Virus record (IMG/VR): IMGVR_UViG_3300014656_000032 | Span: 1-58,866 of that record | Source of the DNA: a virus | Taxonomy: Duplodnaviria > Caudoviricetes | Strand: one strand, 5' to 3' | Length of the DNA: 58,866 nt | Shown: positions 24,565 through 34,700 of the stretch, piece after piece | Numbering within the stretch: position 1 is the stretch's first letter | Layout: every line of letters begins with the position of its first letter | Notes under the pieces: model-generated | Told to the model about the DNA's origin: nothing | Database searches by the model: none | Seen by the model: only the letters and a program-made list of their open reading frames with translations | Position numbers and translations under genes: made by a program

Positions 24565-25100
24565 TTACCGCCGCGCTCCAGCCGCAACACCCTCTCGCTG
24601 ATATCAGCATGGCGTTCATCTGTCGTTTTCACCAGGCTGTTTATGATCTGGTTCATGCTTGCCTGCTGACTGCCGAACTCTTCAAAACGTCTCGACAACC
24701 GTTTCAGTTCGTCCATCACGGCTGTACGTCCCTGCTGTGCCATTACGTCCATCTGCGCTATGACAGCCGCCTGAATCCCGATGCTACGCGTGTTCTCGCC
24801 AATTTTTGTGCTGTTGGAGCTGATGCTGTCTTTCCCCGTCAATACCACGATCAAGGTTACAGTCCCAACGGCAGTAGCGGCGGCCGCCAGAATAGCGAAG
24901 AACTTCTCACGCCACCAGTCGCCATCCTCGGTTCGGATTCTCCGCCATAGATCCTTCTTCTTCCGTGGCTTCTGTTCTCTCCTGTCTGTGCCGTCCCAAG
25001 CATTGGGCTTGACATTCTTGTCGGCAAACATTCTCTGCAATTCTCTGATTGCCGCCGTGAGATTCTCTAGATTCACCTGCTCAGGAGTAATGTCTGTCAC
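24561..25100 (-). CDS. Single-TM coiled-coil protein, candidate holin/antiholin
   Basis: One hydrophobic segment; immediately upstream of the endolysin. Confidence 0.5.
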   Translation of the reverse strand: MTDITPEQVNLENLTAAIRELQRMFADKNVKPNAWDGTDRREQKPRKKKDLWRRIRTEDGDWWREKFFAILAAAATAVGTVTLIVVLTGKDSISSNSTKIGENTRSIGIQAAVIAQMDVMAQQGRTAVMDELKRLSRRFEEFGSQQASMNQIINSLVKTTDERHADISERVLRLERGGK

Positions 25101-25112
25101 CGGCTGTCTCCG

Positions 25113-25490
25113 CTATTTGACGATTATGTACCACTCTTCATCCGGCCTGCCGATTTTACGCCATTCGTAATCTAACGAATTCCGAGACGCTACGAACGTT
25201 TGCAGGTTGCACACGATCCAGCCCTGACACTCGCATACCAAGTGCCCGCCGCCGTCCACAGTGCATAGGGCAAGGTTGGCATCCAGCCCCATGGCCATGC
25301 AGTCCACCCAACAGGCCACGGCGAACCAGTCGCAATCGTCGCGCACCTTAACGTTGGCGTCCGCCGGCGGTATGTCAGCTGGGTTCGGCCAGTCTTCAAC
25401 CGTTCCGTGTGCTTCCAGATCGTCAGTCGGGACGAGCTGGCGCTTGCGCTGGCGGTGGATCTTGGTTAGGGTTTTGTAGAGACTTTGCAT
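25113..25490 (-). CDS. Transglutaminase-like cysteine peptidase (BTLCP-like)
   Basis: EDW...DDCDWFA..C...GHLVC...WIVCN. Confidence 0.7.
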   Translation of the reverse strand: MQSLYKTLTKIHRQRKRQLVPTDDLEAHGTVEDWPNPADIPPADANVKVRDDCDWFAVACWVDCMAMGLDANLALCTVDGGGHLVCECQGWIVCNLQTFVASRNSLDYEWRKIGRPDEEWYIIVK

Positions 25491-25598
25491 TTCGCGCTCG
25501 TCGTTTCAGTTCTCCAAACGGCGGGATTGTCTTCTCGCCGCGGACGAACGGCGTTGGGTCCCGGCGTCGGAACAGGTTGGCTATGGCTGACAGCAGGT

Positions 25599-25901
25599 TC
25601 ATTTCGTATTCACCGTGAACGAGTTGAACACATCCACTATATCGGTCACCCGGTACTCAAGCCCGAGTTTATCAATCCGCAACATGACTTCCGACTGAGT
25701 TTTGAACTCTTCGATCTTATGAGCAGCGGACGTGACGTTGCTGTCCGTTCCGTCTATCAGTGCGAGTACTTTTTCGCCGTCATGTACTAGACGTATCGCC
25801 TGACCGGTTGCGTTGTTGTACCCGTAAGTCTCGTCCCGCGTGACTTCTGCAAATGCAGGAATTGCTATTGCCAATACCAGAATACATGTAAAAGTTCTCA
25901 T
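25599..25901 (-). CDS. Hypothetical protein with signal peptide
   Basis: [19 protein letters not shown]; ATGA overlap. Confidence 0.65.
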   Translation of the reverse strand: MRTFTCILVLAIAIPAFAEVTRDETYGYNNATGQAIRLVHDGEKVLALIDGTDSNVTSAAHKIEEFKTQSEVMLRIDKLGLEYRVTDIVDVFNSFTVNTK

Positions 25902-27319
25902 GGACATTGATTCCCGTCTGTTATGATCCATCCGTTCGTTACAAGTGCCGCCCTTGCTGTTGCTGCTGCCCCTGCTGAGTAACAGGCACTCCCGCCATGG
26001 AATGTGATGTTAGGCGGCTCGGTCTGTGCTTCCCAGCCGATGTAGAGTGCATCTAAGTTTGCTGTTGACAGTCCAGAACTTAGAAACATGCTCGCTGCTG
26101 TTGTAATATCTGCAATGTCCCACCCGGCGATATCTTGGTTAAAAGCTGCGGCATTCCTGAATGTCTGGCTTACGTCAGTTAGGGCAGATGTAGTCCAAGC
26201 ACCTATATTTTGGTTAAAGGCTATGGCATTGTAAAACATATTTGCCATAGTTATAACACTCGATGTAATCCAAGTACTTATATCTTGGTTAAAGGCTATG
26301 GCAGATTGGAACATAGCTGACATATCTGTAACCTTGGACGTGTCCCAACCACCAATATCTTGGTTAAAGGCTGTGGCAGATTGGAACATAGCTGACATAT
26401 CTGTAACCTTGGACGTGTCCCAACCACCAATATCTTGGTTAAAGGCTGTGGCACTGTTAAACACACCTGCCATATTTGTAACACTTGATGTGACCCAAGC
26501 ACCTATATCTTGGTTAAAGACTGTGGCAACGTTAAACATACTTGACATATTTGTAACACTTGATGTGACCCAAGCACCTATATTTTGGTTAAAGGCCGCG
26601 GCAGATCGGAACATTGTTGACATATCTGTAACCTTGGACGTGTCCCACCCGCCGATATCTTGGTTAAAGGCTGTGGCACTGTTAAACATACTTGCCATAT
26701 TTGTAACACTTGATGTGATCCAAGCACCTATATTTTGGTTAAAGGCTATGGCAGCTCGGAACATTGTTGACATATCTGTAACACTCGATGTGTCCCAACT
26801 GTTCATGCTCGGAACGGTAGTTAGCGATGAGCAGGATCGGAACGCTGCGGACATATTCGTTATTCCAGATGTATCTAGAATATCAGTAGCGGAGACGGTT
26901 AAGTTTGTGCATCCGTAAAAATAACCGTTCAGGTTTCCAAGTATTAGCGTCCCCCAATTGCTGATATCTTTTATCAGTGTCTTGTCGCCAACATTGTTGA
27001 ACCGCCACCCCTCAATAGTGCCTGTGATTGTGATTTCGTAGGTTCCAGCCCCGGCATATGAGCATACCTTATCCGCATCGTCCCAGGTAGTAACAGCCCC
27101 GCCTCCTGTTCCGCCAACACCGCAATCGATGTTGAAATCATACGTCCCGCCGTTGTAGATGGGAGGTGTGAACGTATCGGCTCCGGCTACGGTTACGGTG
27201 AAGACGAATGCGGGCGGTCCTTGATTCGTTAGCTGCATCAACAGCCCTCGCCGAGTGGCCGCGATTGACGTGGCGCACACTAACGACAGTATAAGCACAA
27301 CCCATAGTGTCTTTCTCAT
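25898..27319 (-). CDS. DUF285/BspA-family surface repeat protein with signal peptide
   Basis: [20 protein letters not shown]; about 9 repeats of [20 protein letters not shown]; C-terminal AR..LV..GWIITDG. Confidence 0.92.
   Translation of the reverse strand: MRKTLWVVLILSLVCATSIAATRRGLLMQLTNQGPPAFVFTVTVAGADTFTPPIYNGGTYDFNIDCGVGGTGGGAVTTWDDADKVCSYAGAGTYEITITGTIEGWRFNNVGDKTLIKDISNWGTLILGNLNGYFYGCTNLTVSATDILDTSGITNMSAAFRSCSSLTTVPSMNSWDTSSVTDMSTMFRAAIAFNQNIGAWITSSVTNMASMFNSATAFNQDIGGWDTSKVTDMSTMFRSAAAFNQNIGAWVTSSVTNMSSMFNVATVFNQDIGAWVTSSVTNMAGVFNSATAFNQDIGGWDTSKVTDMSAMFQSATAFNQDIGGWDTSKVTDMSAMFQSAIAFNQDISTWITSSVITMANMFYNAIAFNQNIGAWTTSALTDVSQTFRNAAAFNQDIAGWDIADITTAASMFLSSGLSTANLDALYIGWEAQTEPPNITFHGGSACYSAGAAATARAALVTNGWIITDGNQCP
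26110..26800. repeat. 75-bp coding tandem repeats (25-aa DUF285 units)
   Basis: TTGGTTAAAGGC-type core recurs every 75 bp. Confidence 0.9.
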
Positions 27320-28239
27320 TAGTTTGTATCCGTGCATCCGGCAGTTGCTCTCATGCTCCAAGTGTCTGCCGCGTAGTAGGTAACAACCACAAAGTCAGTT
27401 GCCAGGGTGCAAGTCACCCCGTCGCCCTGCGCCAGCGCGGTGCCGTTGAGTATAATCGTGTCCTCGGTGCCGGAGTTGTCAGGGTTGAACACCGTGTTCC
27501 CCGCGGCCATTACTTCGAGTGTAAAGTTAGCACCGGCCACCGCAGGACACATCGTCCAAGTCTGAGCGGCGGTGCTGTAGAAATTATAGCCGAGACATTG
27601 AGTGGCCGTCATCGTGTGGCCGTCAGCGTCAGAATAAGTTCCTATCGCACCCGACACGACGCCCGAGAACGTGCCCGTGGTGCCCGTTACCGCTGCTGGT
27701 GTGTTTCCGCCAAGAGTGCCGTCGAGGTTTGTGGCCGCCACCGCTGTCAAATTAAGCGATGTCGCCCAACTTGGCGCTGCGGCCCCATTGGCCTGCAACA
27801 CATAGTTGGCGGTGCCGGCACCCAGCCACGCGTAAGCATTATCAGCAGTCCCGTATGGAAGGCCGCCGTTCGTTTCAACCTGGCTGCCAAGAGACGTGAG
27901 CCCGGCAGATATGGACTGCACGCCCGTAGTCGTGGTGTTCCATACCGCACCGGTGCCGAGCGCACCCATGGCCTGCTCTGCACTCAACGTTCCGTTGGCT
28001 GTTTGTGTGATGTATGTCGCATCCGTGGGGGCATAGCTGAGAGCCTCGAACTTATCCCTGATGGCGTTCTTGGTAGCCGATCTGAGAGATCCGTTCCATG
28101 TAGTAGCGTTATATGCCGTATCGTCCGGAGGCGGTTGCCCGATTGAACCACCAGGTAACGAGCCGCCAGTAACAGACTGCCCGCGGGCGGTTGTGGCGAA
28201 CGCCAGAAGCAAAGTCATGAGCAATGTCAGTGTTTTCAC
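27319..28239 (-). CDS. G/T/A-rich fibre-like protein with signal peptide
   Basis: [20 protein letters not shown]; [20 protein letters not shown]; [17 protein letters not shown]. Confidence 0.7.
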   Translation of the reverse strand: MKTLTLLMTLLLAFATTARGQSVTGGSLPGGSIGQPPPDDTAYNATTWNGSLRSATKNAIRDKFEALSYAPTDATYITQTANGTLSAEQAMGALGTGAVWNTTTTGVQSISAGLTSLGSQVETNGGLPYGTADNAYAWLGAGTANYVLQANGAAAPSWATSLNLTAVAATNLDGTLGGNTPAAVTGTTGTFSGVVSGAIGTYSDADGHTMTATQCLGYNFYSTAAQTWTMCPAVAGANFTLEVMAAGNTVFNPDNSGTEDTIILNGTALAQGDGVTCTLATDFVVVTYYAADTWSMRATAGCTDTN

Positions 28240-28243
28240 AGTT

Positions 28244-28777
28244 CTACCTCCCCTCCGATACCGCCACGTTCTCGTTAGACGCTATGTTGCCTAAAGCCGA
28301 GATGGCGTTCCGCAGATTATTCATCTGGAACGATCCGCCTGGAAGAACGCGGAACATTCCCTTTGAATACGCATCCGCGGTTATTGTGGCAAGGTTCAGA
28401 TTCGCCCCGACCTTCAGGGTTTCAGACTGGAACGTCCCGGATATGGTATCGATGGAAAGCACGCCCGCCGCGTCACCGCCCGCCCACGATCCGGAATCAA
28501 GATCGATAGCCACAACCACGGCCGTAGCGCCGCCGGTTTCGCCGGTGATCGTGTTCCCAACGACTATGGCAGTGGTCCCGCCGCTGGTAAATCGAAGGCT
28601 CATCATGGCATCGCCTGTCAGGCTCAGATAGATCGTGCCTGTCGCGTCGTTGTTCTGGATCAGAACGTCCCTGGGGATCTTCTTTTCAGCAACCAGATCC
28701 GCGGCAGCAGTCGTTACTATGACGTGAAGCGTTCTCACCAGTTGATAGTGTTTCGTTCCTGTTAGGCTTCCGCTCAT
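28244..28777 (-). CDS. Putative virion protein
   Basis: GNTITGETGGATAVV...SGSWAGGDAAG.L module, also present in 44742..46796. Confidence 0.65.
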   Translation of the reverse strand: MSGSLTGTKHYQLVRTLHVIVTTAAADLVAEKKIPRDVLIQNNDATGTIYLSLTGDAMMSLRFTSGGTTAIVVGNTITGETGGATAVVVAIDLDSGSWAGGDAAGVLSIDTISGTFQSETLKVGANLNLATITADAYSKGMFRVLPGGSFQMNNLRNAISALGNIASNENVAVSEGR

Positions 28778-28781
28778 GACT

Positions 28782-31700
28782 CTACCTCCTTGACAGATAG
28801 TCTTTTATGAGTTTGGTTCGTTTTGTTTCCAACTGCTTTATACGCTTCACGCGGGTAGGCGTTTCGGGCTGGCTCTTCAGAACATTCGACATATGCCGAT
28901 ATTTGTTGAGAGTTCCCTGGAACCGGTTCACCCTGTTATATTCTGCAAGCTCTTCTTTGTGATCTCGCATAAACTCCATCTTGTTCTGTGCGGTATCGAA
29001 CTTCTCCTTCACCTTACGTACTTTGGCTTTGTGTTTCGTAAGGCGCCTGTTCCACAGATCTTCGCGCTTGCTTGTTCCTCTGCCGATATGCCAGTATGCC
29101 AGCTTGCCGACAAGCGGTATCGATCCGACAATTTCAAGGCCCTTGTCATCTCCGGCATTGTAGATGTCTTTCGATAGACCGGTCAGGAACTTGAACGGAG
29201 GAAGTACCTGCTGCGCTATAGCCAGCGGGAGCCCTTCCGTCCTCGCCTTCCACACCACGAATTTGCTAGCCCCTGCAAGCCGCAATACGTTATCTACCAC
29301 CCTGTCATTGAAATCGGTATCCCTGTTCAGTATGAAATCCTTCAGCTCGTCGGCACCCGCATTGGCCAGAACGAAGAACATTCCGAGCCGCAGCAGGTTC
29401 TTGACTCCCTGGATCTTTTCCTCTTTGTTTCCGGTTCTGATCTTGTGGAAGCATTCCCTCCGGAATGCGTCGAACTGTTTGATCGTGAAGGTTTTCAGCA
29501 TGTAGAAGATTCTGCCGTTTTCGAGTCTCAGATACATCTCCGGCATTTCGGATAGTCCTATCGGCTGGAAGTCCGCCAGTCTACTGTATGTCAGGAACTT
29601 GATATCCGCCGTTATTTCTCCCGACTGAAGATCGAGAATAACACCGTCCGTATCCTTGCCGAACATATGGTAGATTTCTTTACGAAGTCCGTCCGGATCC
29701 GACTTGGCCCTACGCTGATACTTCTCAAGAGCCGCGTTCAGAAGAGATTCTTTGCCTATGGCGTCGATTTTCTCCAGGCCCGCCGCACGTAACACCCACG
29801 AAACAGCCTTTCCGAGTCCCTCTGCGTCTGCAAACTCTTCCGCTAATCTGGACACCCCGACATCTTTTCTGGTTATCTTGCTTTCCTTCAGTATCGAATT
29901 CCCTGCGTGCCTCAAGGCAGGTATGACACCGGCTTCATATGCCACCCAGGCCATGTCGCCTATCTGCGTCAATGCCGATATTAGGGATCCCATCGTGTCG
30001 ATGTATGAGATGTTCTTGTAGGCTCTAACCGCCCCATGTGGCCCCCTCTGGTGGAATCTTGCCGTCAGGATCTCATTTACCTCTTGCTGCTGATCGTGGC
30101 TTATTTCGCCCGATACTATCAGTTCGTCTATGTAAGCGCCTATGTTGGCTCGGAAGTCTCTCTGAGAAGCGTATTTTTCCAGACCTGCCCGTAGCATCTT
30201 CTCGTCATGTATTAATTCGTTTTTCTTCTTCTTCAGTTTTTCATTTCCCACGTCTGCCTTGATCTGTTCATTTAGATCCCGTACTCGCGCCTGAATTCGG
30301 TACATCTGGGATTTCATCTCCCGCACCTTCTCCGGTATCTTCCCGAAGAACTTGCGTGCCTCGATGGCGGTTCTCATTTCGTGAATATGCCGTATGAGCG
30401 CCGCATCCGAGTGCATGTAGAACTTGTCCAATGCCGGCGGTATCTTGGCGAACTTGCGCTCCTTGGTAGCGCCAGGCTGTCCAAGTCCGGTCGGGCCTCT
30501 AAGGATAATATTCGTAATGATATCGCTTCTGATATAATCATCAAGTTCTGTTACAGACACTCCCAGTTGCGCCGCCTTGTCGAGAAGCGCCTGATCGTAC
30601 AGGCCCCTTTCTTCAGCTCCCATGGAGGCATACAGGCCCTTTAAGTCCTTCACTACTCGGGGCCAGTACTCGCCCTCTATCTCCCCGATATGAAGCCCAA
30701 CGTCGATGGCGTCCATTCTGAGTTTGTCCATCATGGCCCGGGAGGCATCGTATTCTTTTCTCAGGTTGTACTTTAATACCAACTCGTCTATCTTGGCTGT
30801 AGCCGCGTTCTCTCTCGCGTAATGCCAATCTGAAAAATCGTCACGGCTCATTATAGCCCTGGCTTTTTTCAGCAGCGGGAGTGCTGCACCCTCATCGGCC
30901 TCAATAGCCGTGCCGGTGTCAAAGTCCAGTCGGCGCACCTTCGACGCCAGCGACTTGTTGATCATTTCCAGCTTGGTATAGATAGGAACGAGCAGCTTGC
31001 TGAACTCCTTCGTGATGTCCTTGCCAGACTTGCTTAACGCAGCGGCGGCCTTCATCTTCACGTTCTTGTCAATCGATCTCATGGCGATGAAGTCTTCCTC
31101 TGTCAACGGCTCGGTTGTTTCCTGGTATGTCGTTTCCGGTGTTTTTAACTCGAACAAAGGCATCGCTGCTTTCTGGTACATGGTTTGCCGATCTGTCTCT
31201 TCTCCTGTAACACTTTGATCCGCGGCCTTCCTTCCGAATATCTTGCCCGATTCGATGTCCCTGACAACACCGCCGGCAGTTCTGGTAAACAGGTTCACGA
31301 GTTTGTCAATGAAGTCTCGTATCTTCTGGATAATCCGCTCGATCGGTCGTGTTAGCTGCGCCCGCTCTCTCAGTTGGCTGGCAATGAACTGAGCCCTGTC
31401 CTCAACTCCTCCGATGTCATCGGGGTTCTGAGACGTGAACTCGTTTCGCTTCACACGCCCCCTTATATGGGCCTTCATGGCCTCTATTTCCAGGGGTGAT
31501 ATGATGCCTATGTCCTCCATCCAATGGCCGAACATTTCGTGGGCTACTGTCCACTTGTCGCCCATAGGAGATATCTTTACGACGTTCTCCTGATACGAGC
31601 CGGAGACGACTTCTCCATTCTTCTGCTGGCGATTGTATCCGATCTTGAACGCAGCTTGGTTTGGTTCTATCGTTTCGACGGGTTCTACAGTAAGGGTATG

Positions 31701-34700
31701 CCCGGACTTCGTTTTAATCCAAACTTCTCCGTTGTCTTGCAGTGTCACATCAGTGACATTCTTTTTCGCTATTGATGTGTCCAGCAGACTACGAACATCT
31801 TCATAAACCTGTTGACTTCTTTGAACCCCCACTCTGTCGCCAATGTTCGCAACGGAATACAGCGGTTTAACTCCGGTTCCGTATTTCTTTTCATACCCGA
31901 GCATGGCGGTTTCCGTGAGACCTTCAAACGTTCCTATTCCGTTTGTTAGCTTAACAGGCATTACTACGCCAACGAGCGTATTCCCCTTCTTAAAAACAGC
32001 CATTCCGGACTCGTCAATGAACACGTCGGCTTTCGGGTGTTCTGTGAATATGCTGTCTATGTATTTTGCATCGTACAGAAAGTGTTTCCCGGAGTCCGAC
32101 ATGATATGCACCATAGGAATTGCTCGACGCCCCGGAGTGGGTATAGCTCCCGGAATTGTTTCTGTATCTCTTGTTCTGAAGCCAGTTACACCCTCGTATG
32201 TTTGCGCCATTATAGTTGCCGGCTCTATCTTTAATTCAGAAATCAACCTACTAATGTCAGGAGCATTTTCAGTTTCTATCTTACCCTTGATCGCCGGCTT
32301 TGTTGCTGTCTTTACAGCATACGCCCGGTTAGAAAAAAAATACCCGTCTTTGTAATGATTCGGCTCGCTATCAATCGGAGATTCTTTCTGCGGTATGTAA
32401 TCGTTATAATAGCTTCCTGCAAAGTCCGTTATGCGTTTCTTCGTGGGCTTTACAGATGGAGTTTTAGACAGGCTGGGTTTTGCTGGAGCACCAGGGAAAT
32501 ACTTTACCCTCTTTTTGAATTCGGTAAGCGAATGGGTGTCGTTAAAGATGCTGAAATCTCCATCACCCGGGACATGGATTGTAACCCGCGCCGTGTCTTC
32601 TGAATATGTTTCCGGTACTGATGCAATAGCCTTGTCAATCTCATCTATCAGGTACGCCTTCTGTTCTTTAGGCGAAAGTGCGTTGGCTTTCTTTTCTGTG
32701 ATGTCAACCTTGACCTCCGTTCCTTCTGGGGTCTTCACCACTTCGATAGGCGGCTTCTCCGGTATCGCTTCGGCGGGTTTGGCTACGTCGGGCTTGGGGG
32801 GGATGGATTTCTTTGTTAGTTCCACAGCGTCATTACGAGTATAGAATTTTCCATCTTTAATAAATCCAGACTCTATTTCTGGACTAACCGCAATGACATC
32901 CCCGTCGGCATGGCGTTCTGTTACATATTTTTCAGGGATACCTTCTAATAAATGTATATTAGACTCTTTGCCTTCCTCATTCAGAGACTTGAATATCTCT
33001 CCCGTTTTTTCATGTCTGAACGCAGGCTTTAATCCTAACCCTTTTACTTCAGTAGCAACACCGCCTTTTCCTCTAAATTTAATTACTTCAGAGGCGAGAG
33101 TACCGAGAGTTTTTTCTCCGCGTTCGCGTGCGGCTTTAGATATTTGGAGTGCAGACATAGTTGCATCGGGCTTGGGCGGCACAGCTTCAGCAATAGGAGA
33201 CTTAGGCGGTATTTCTTTATCTGGCACTTTTACTAAGTCCGGGAACCTATCCACTTCTCTTGCTTTTTGTGCCCTTCGGAGTGCCGTAATCTGTTGTTGC
33301 TCCTTTGTACTAATGTCATCCTTTGTTATCGGTGCCTTAACTATGTCGGGTTTGGGCGGTGGTTGTAGCACACCCACCGTTTCTAACAGTTTTGGCGTTA
33401 CAGAATCATAGATCTTAAAAAAATCCCCGGCATCCATTTCAGGCTTCAGGTCTCTATCCTTTACAAATTGCGAATATGACGACTGCCTTTCAATCCCTTG
33501 CGCCTTGTAGTCAGCAGCCAGATCTGCGGCATTCAACTCATAGCGAGTTTTTACCCGTTGCGGTTCCGGTTTTGCTTTTGTCTCTGTAATAGGTTCAGGC
33601 TGTTCATATGATTTGAGCAGTTCTACATTTCCGCTTTTATCCCATACTCTGACAACACGTCCAGGATCGGTTTTTGTAGGCGATAAAATGTGGTATCCCC
33701 TATCACCAGACTGGTTTTTTATTACATCTTGTACCATTCCTTCCGTTGTGTCGGCGTATTTTTCATTTGGAATAAACCGTATCGTATCTCCTATCTTAAC
33801 GGTTGGTTCCGCTATTCGCTGTTCCGCCCCACCGGGTTCTTCTTGTGTTTTGCGTTGAAGATCTTGGCCGCTTTCTCCTGTGCGTTGTCGTACAATCTCT
33901 TCCTTACGTCTTTCGGCACTTCCGACTTCCTGTAGAGTCTCTTCCAGGCCGCCAACTTCTCCTGGTAGAACTTGTTCCGCATGCTCTCGTATTGTTCTGG
34001 CACCTTGATCCTCCTTGAAGTCTGCTATCTTCTTTGACAGCGCATTCCTAACAACATCCAGGCTGGCCGTTTCGGTAGAGAACGTCGCGCCCTTGGCAGG
34101 CCCGGCCTTTGCCGTCCACTGATGCAGATCCGGCTTGCCGTCGATATTCTTCTGCGGGCCATCGTAGGCCAGAGCGTTTCCTGGCATGGTCTCGTTGATC
34201 GTGTCGGCTATTCTGTCCGCTTGCGCTGGTTGCAGTTCTGCAAACGAGTCTTTCTTCCTGGTTCCGTCGCCGATCCAATCCTTGAATTCTGCCAGAGGTA
34301 CTTCGGTTATCGCGCCCAGGCCCTGCCAGTCTTCTTCATAGTTTGACAGGTATCCTTCTCTGGCGGCAGTCTCGTTTCGGAACCCCACCAATGTTTTATG
34401 CTCATCGAACTTGCCTGTCTCGGGATCTACTTGATCCACGATATAGGCGAACTTGCTGCCAACGTCCGGGCCTATAATTACATCGATCTGATCCCCGTTC
34501 TTACCCTTTGTCCTGTTGAAGTATCCGTAGTGGTTCTTCACCTCCACGGACCACTCGCGCCCTTCCTTATCCGTTCCAGATCGCACCGATCCACGCGGGT
34601 TTTCAATGGCAACTTCCATGCCTGCAAACCGGAGGTGGCCTTTTTCATACGTTCCGGCCTTTAGTTGCTTCTCCGTGACTGTTTTATCGTTGAGCGGTGA

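Noticed and set aside
21226-26800. Diversity-generating retroelement (template/variable repeat pair)
   Set aside because: Mismatches between the copies are not restricted to adenines, and no reverse transcriptase or Avd-like gene is present
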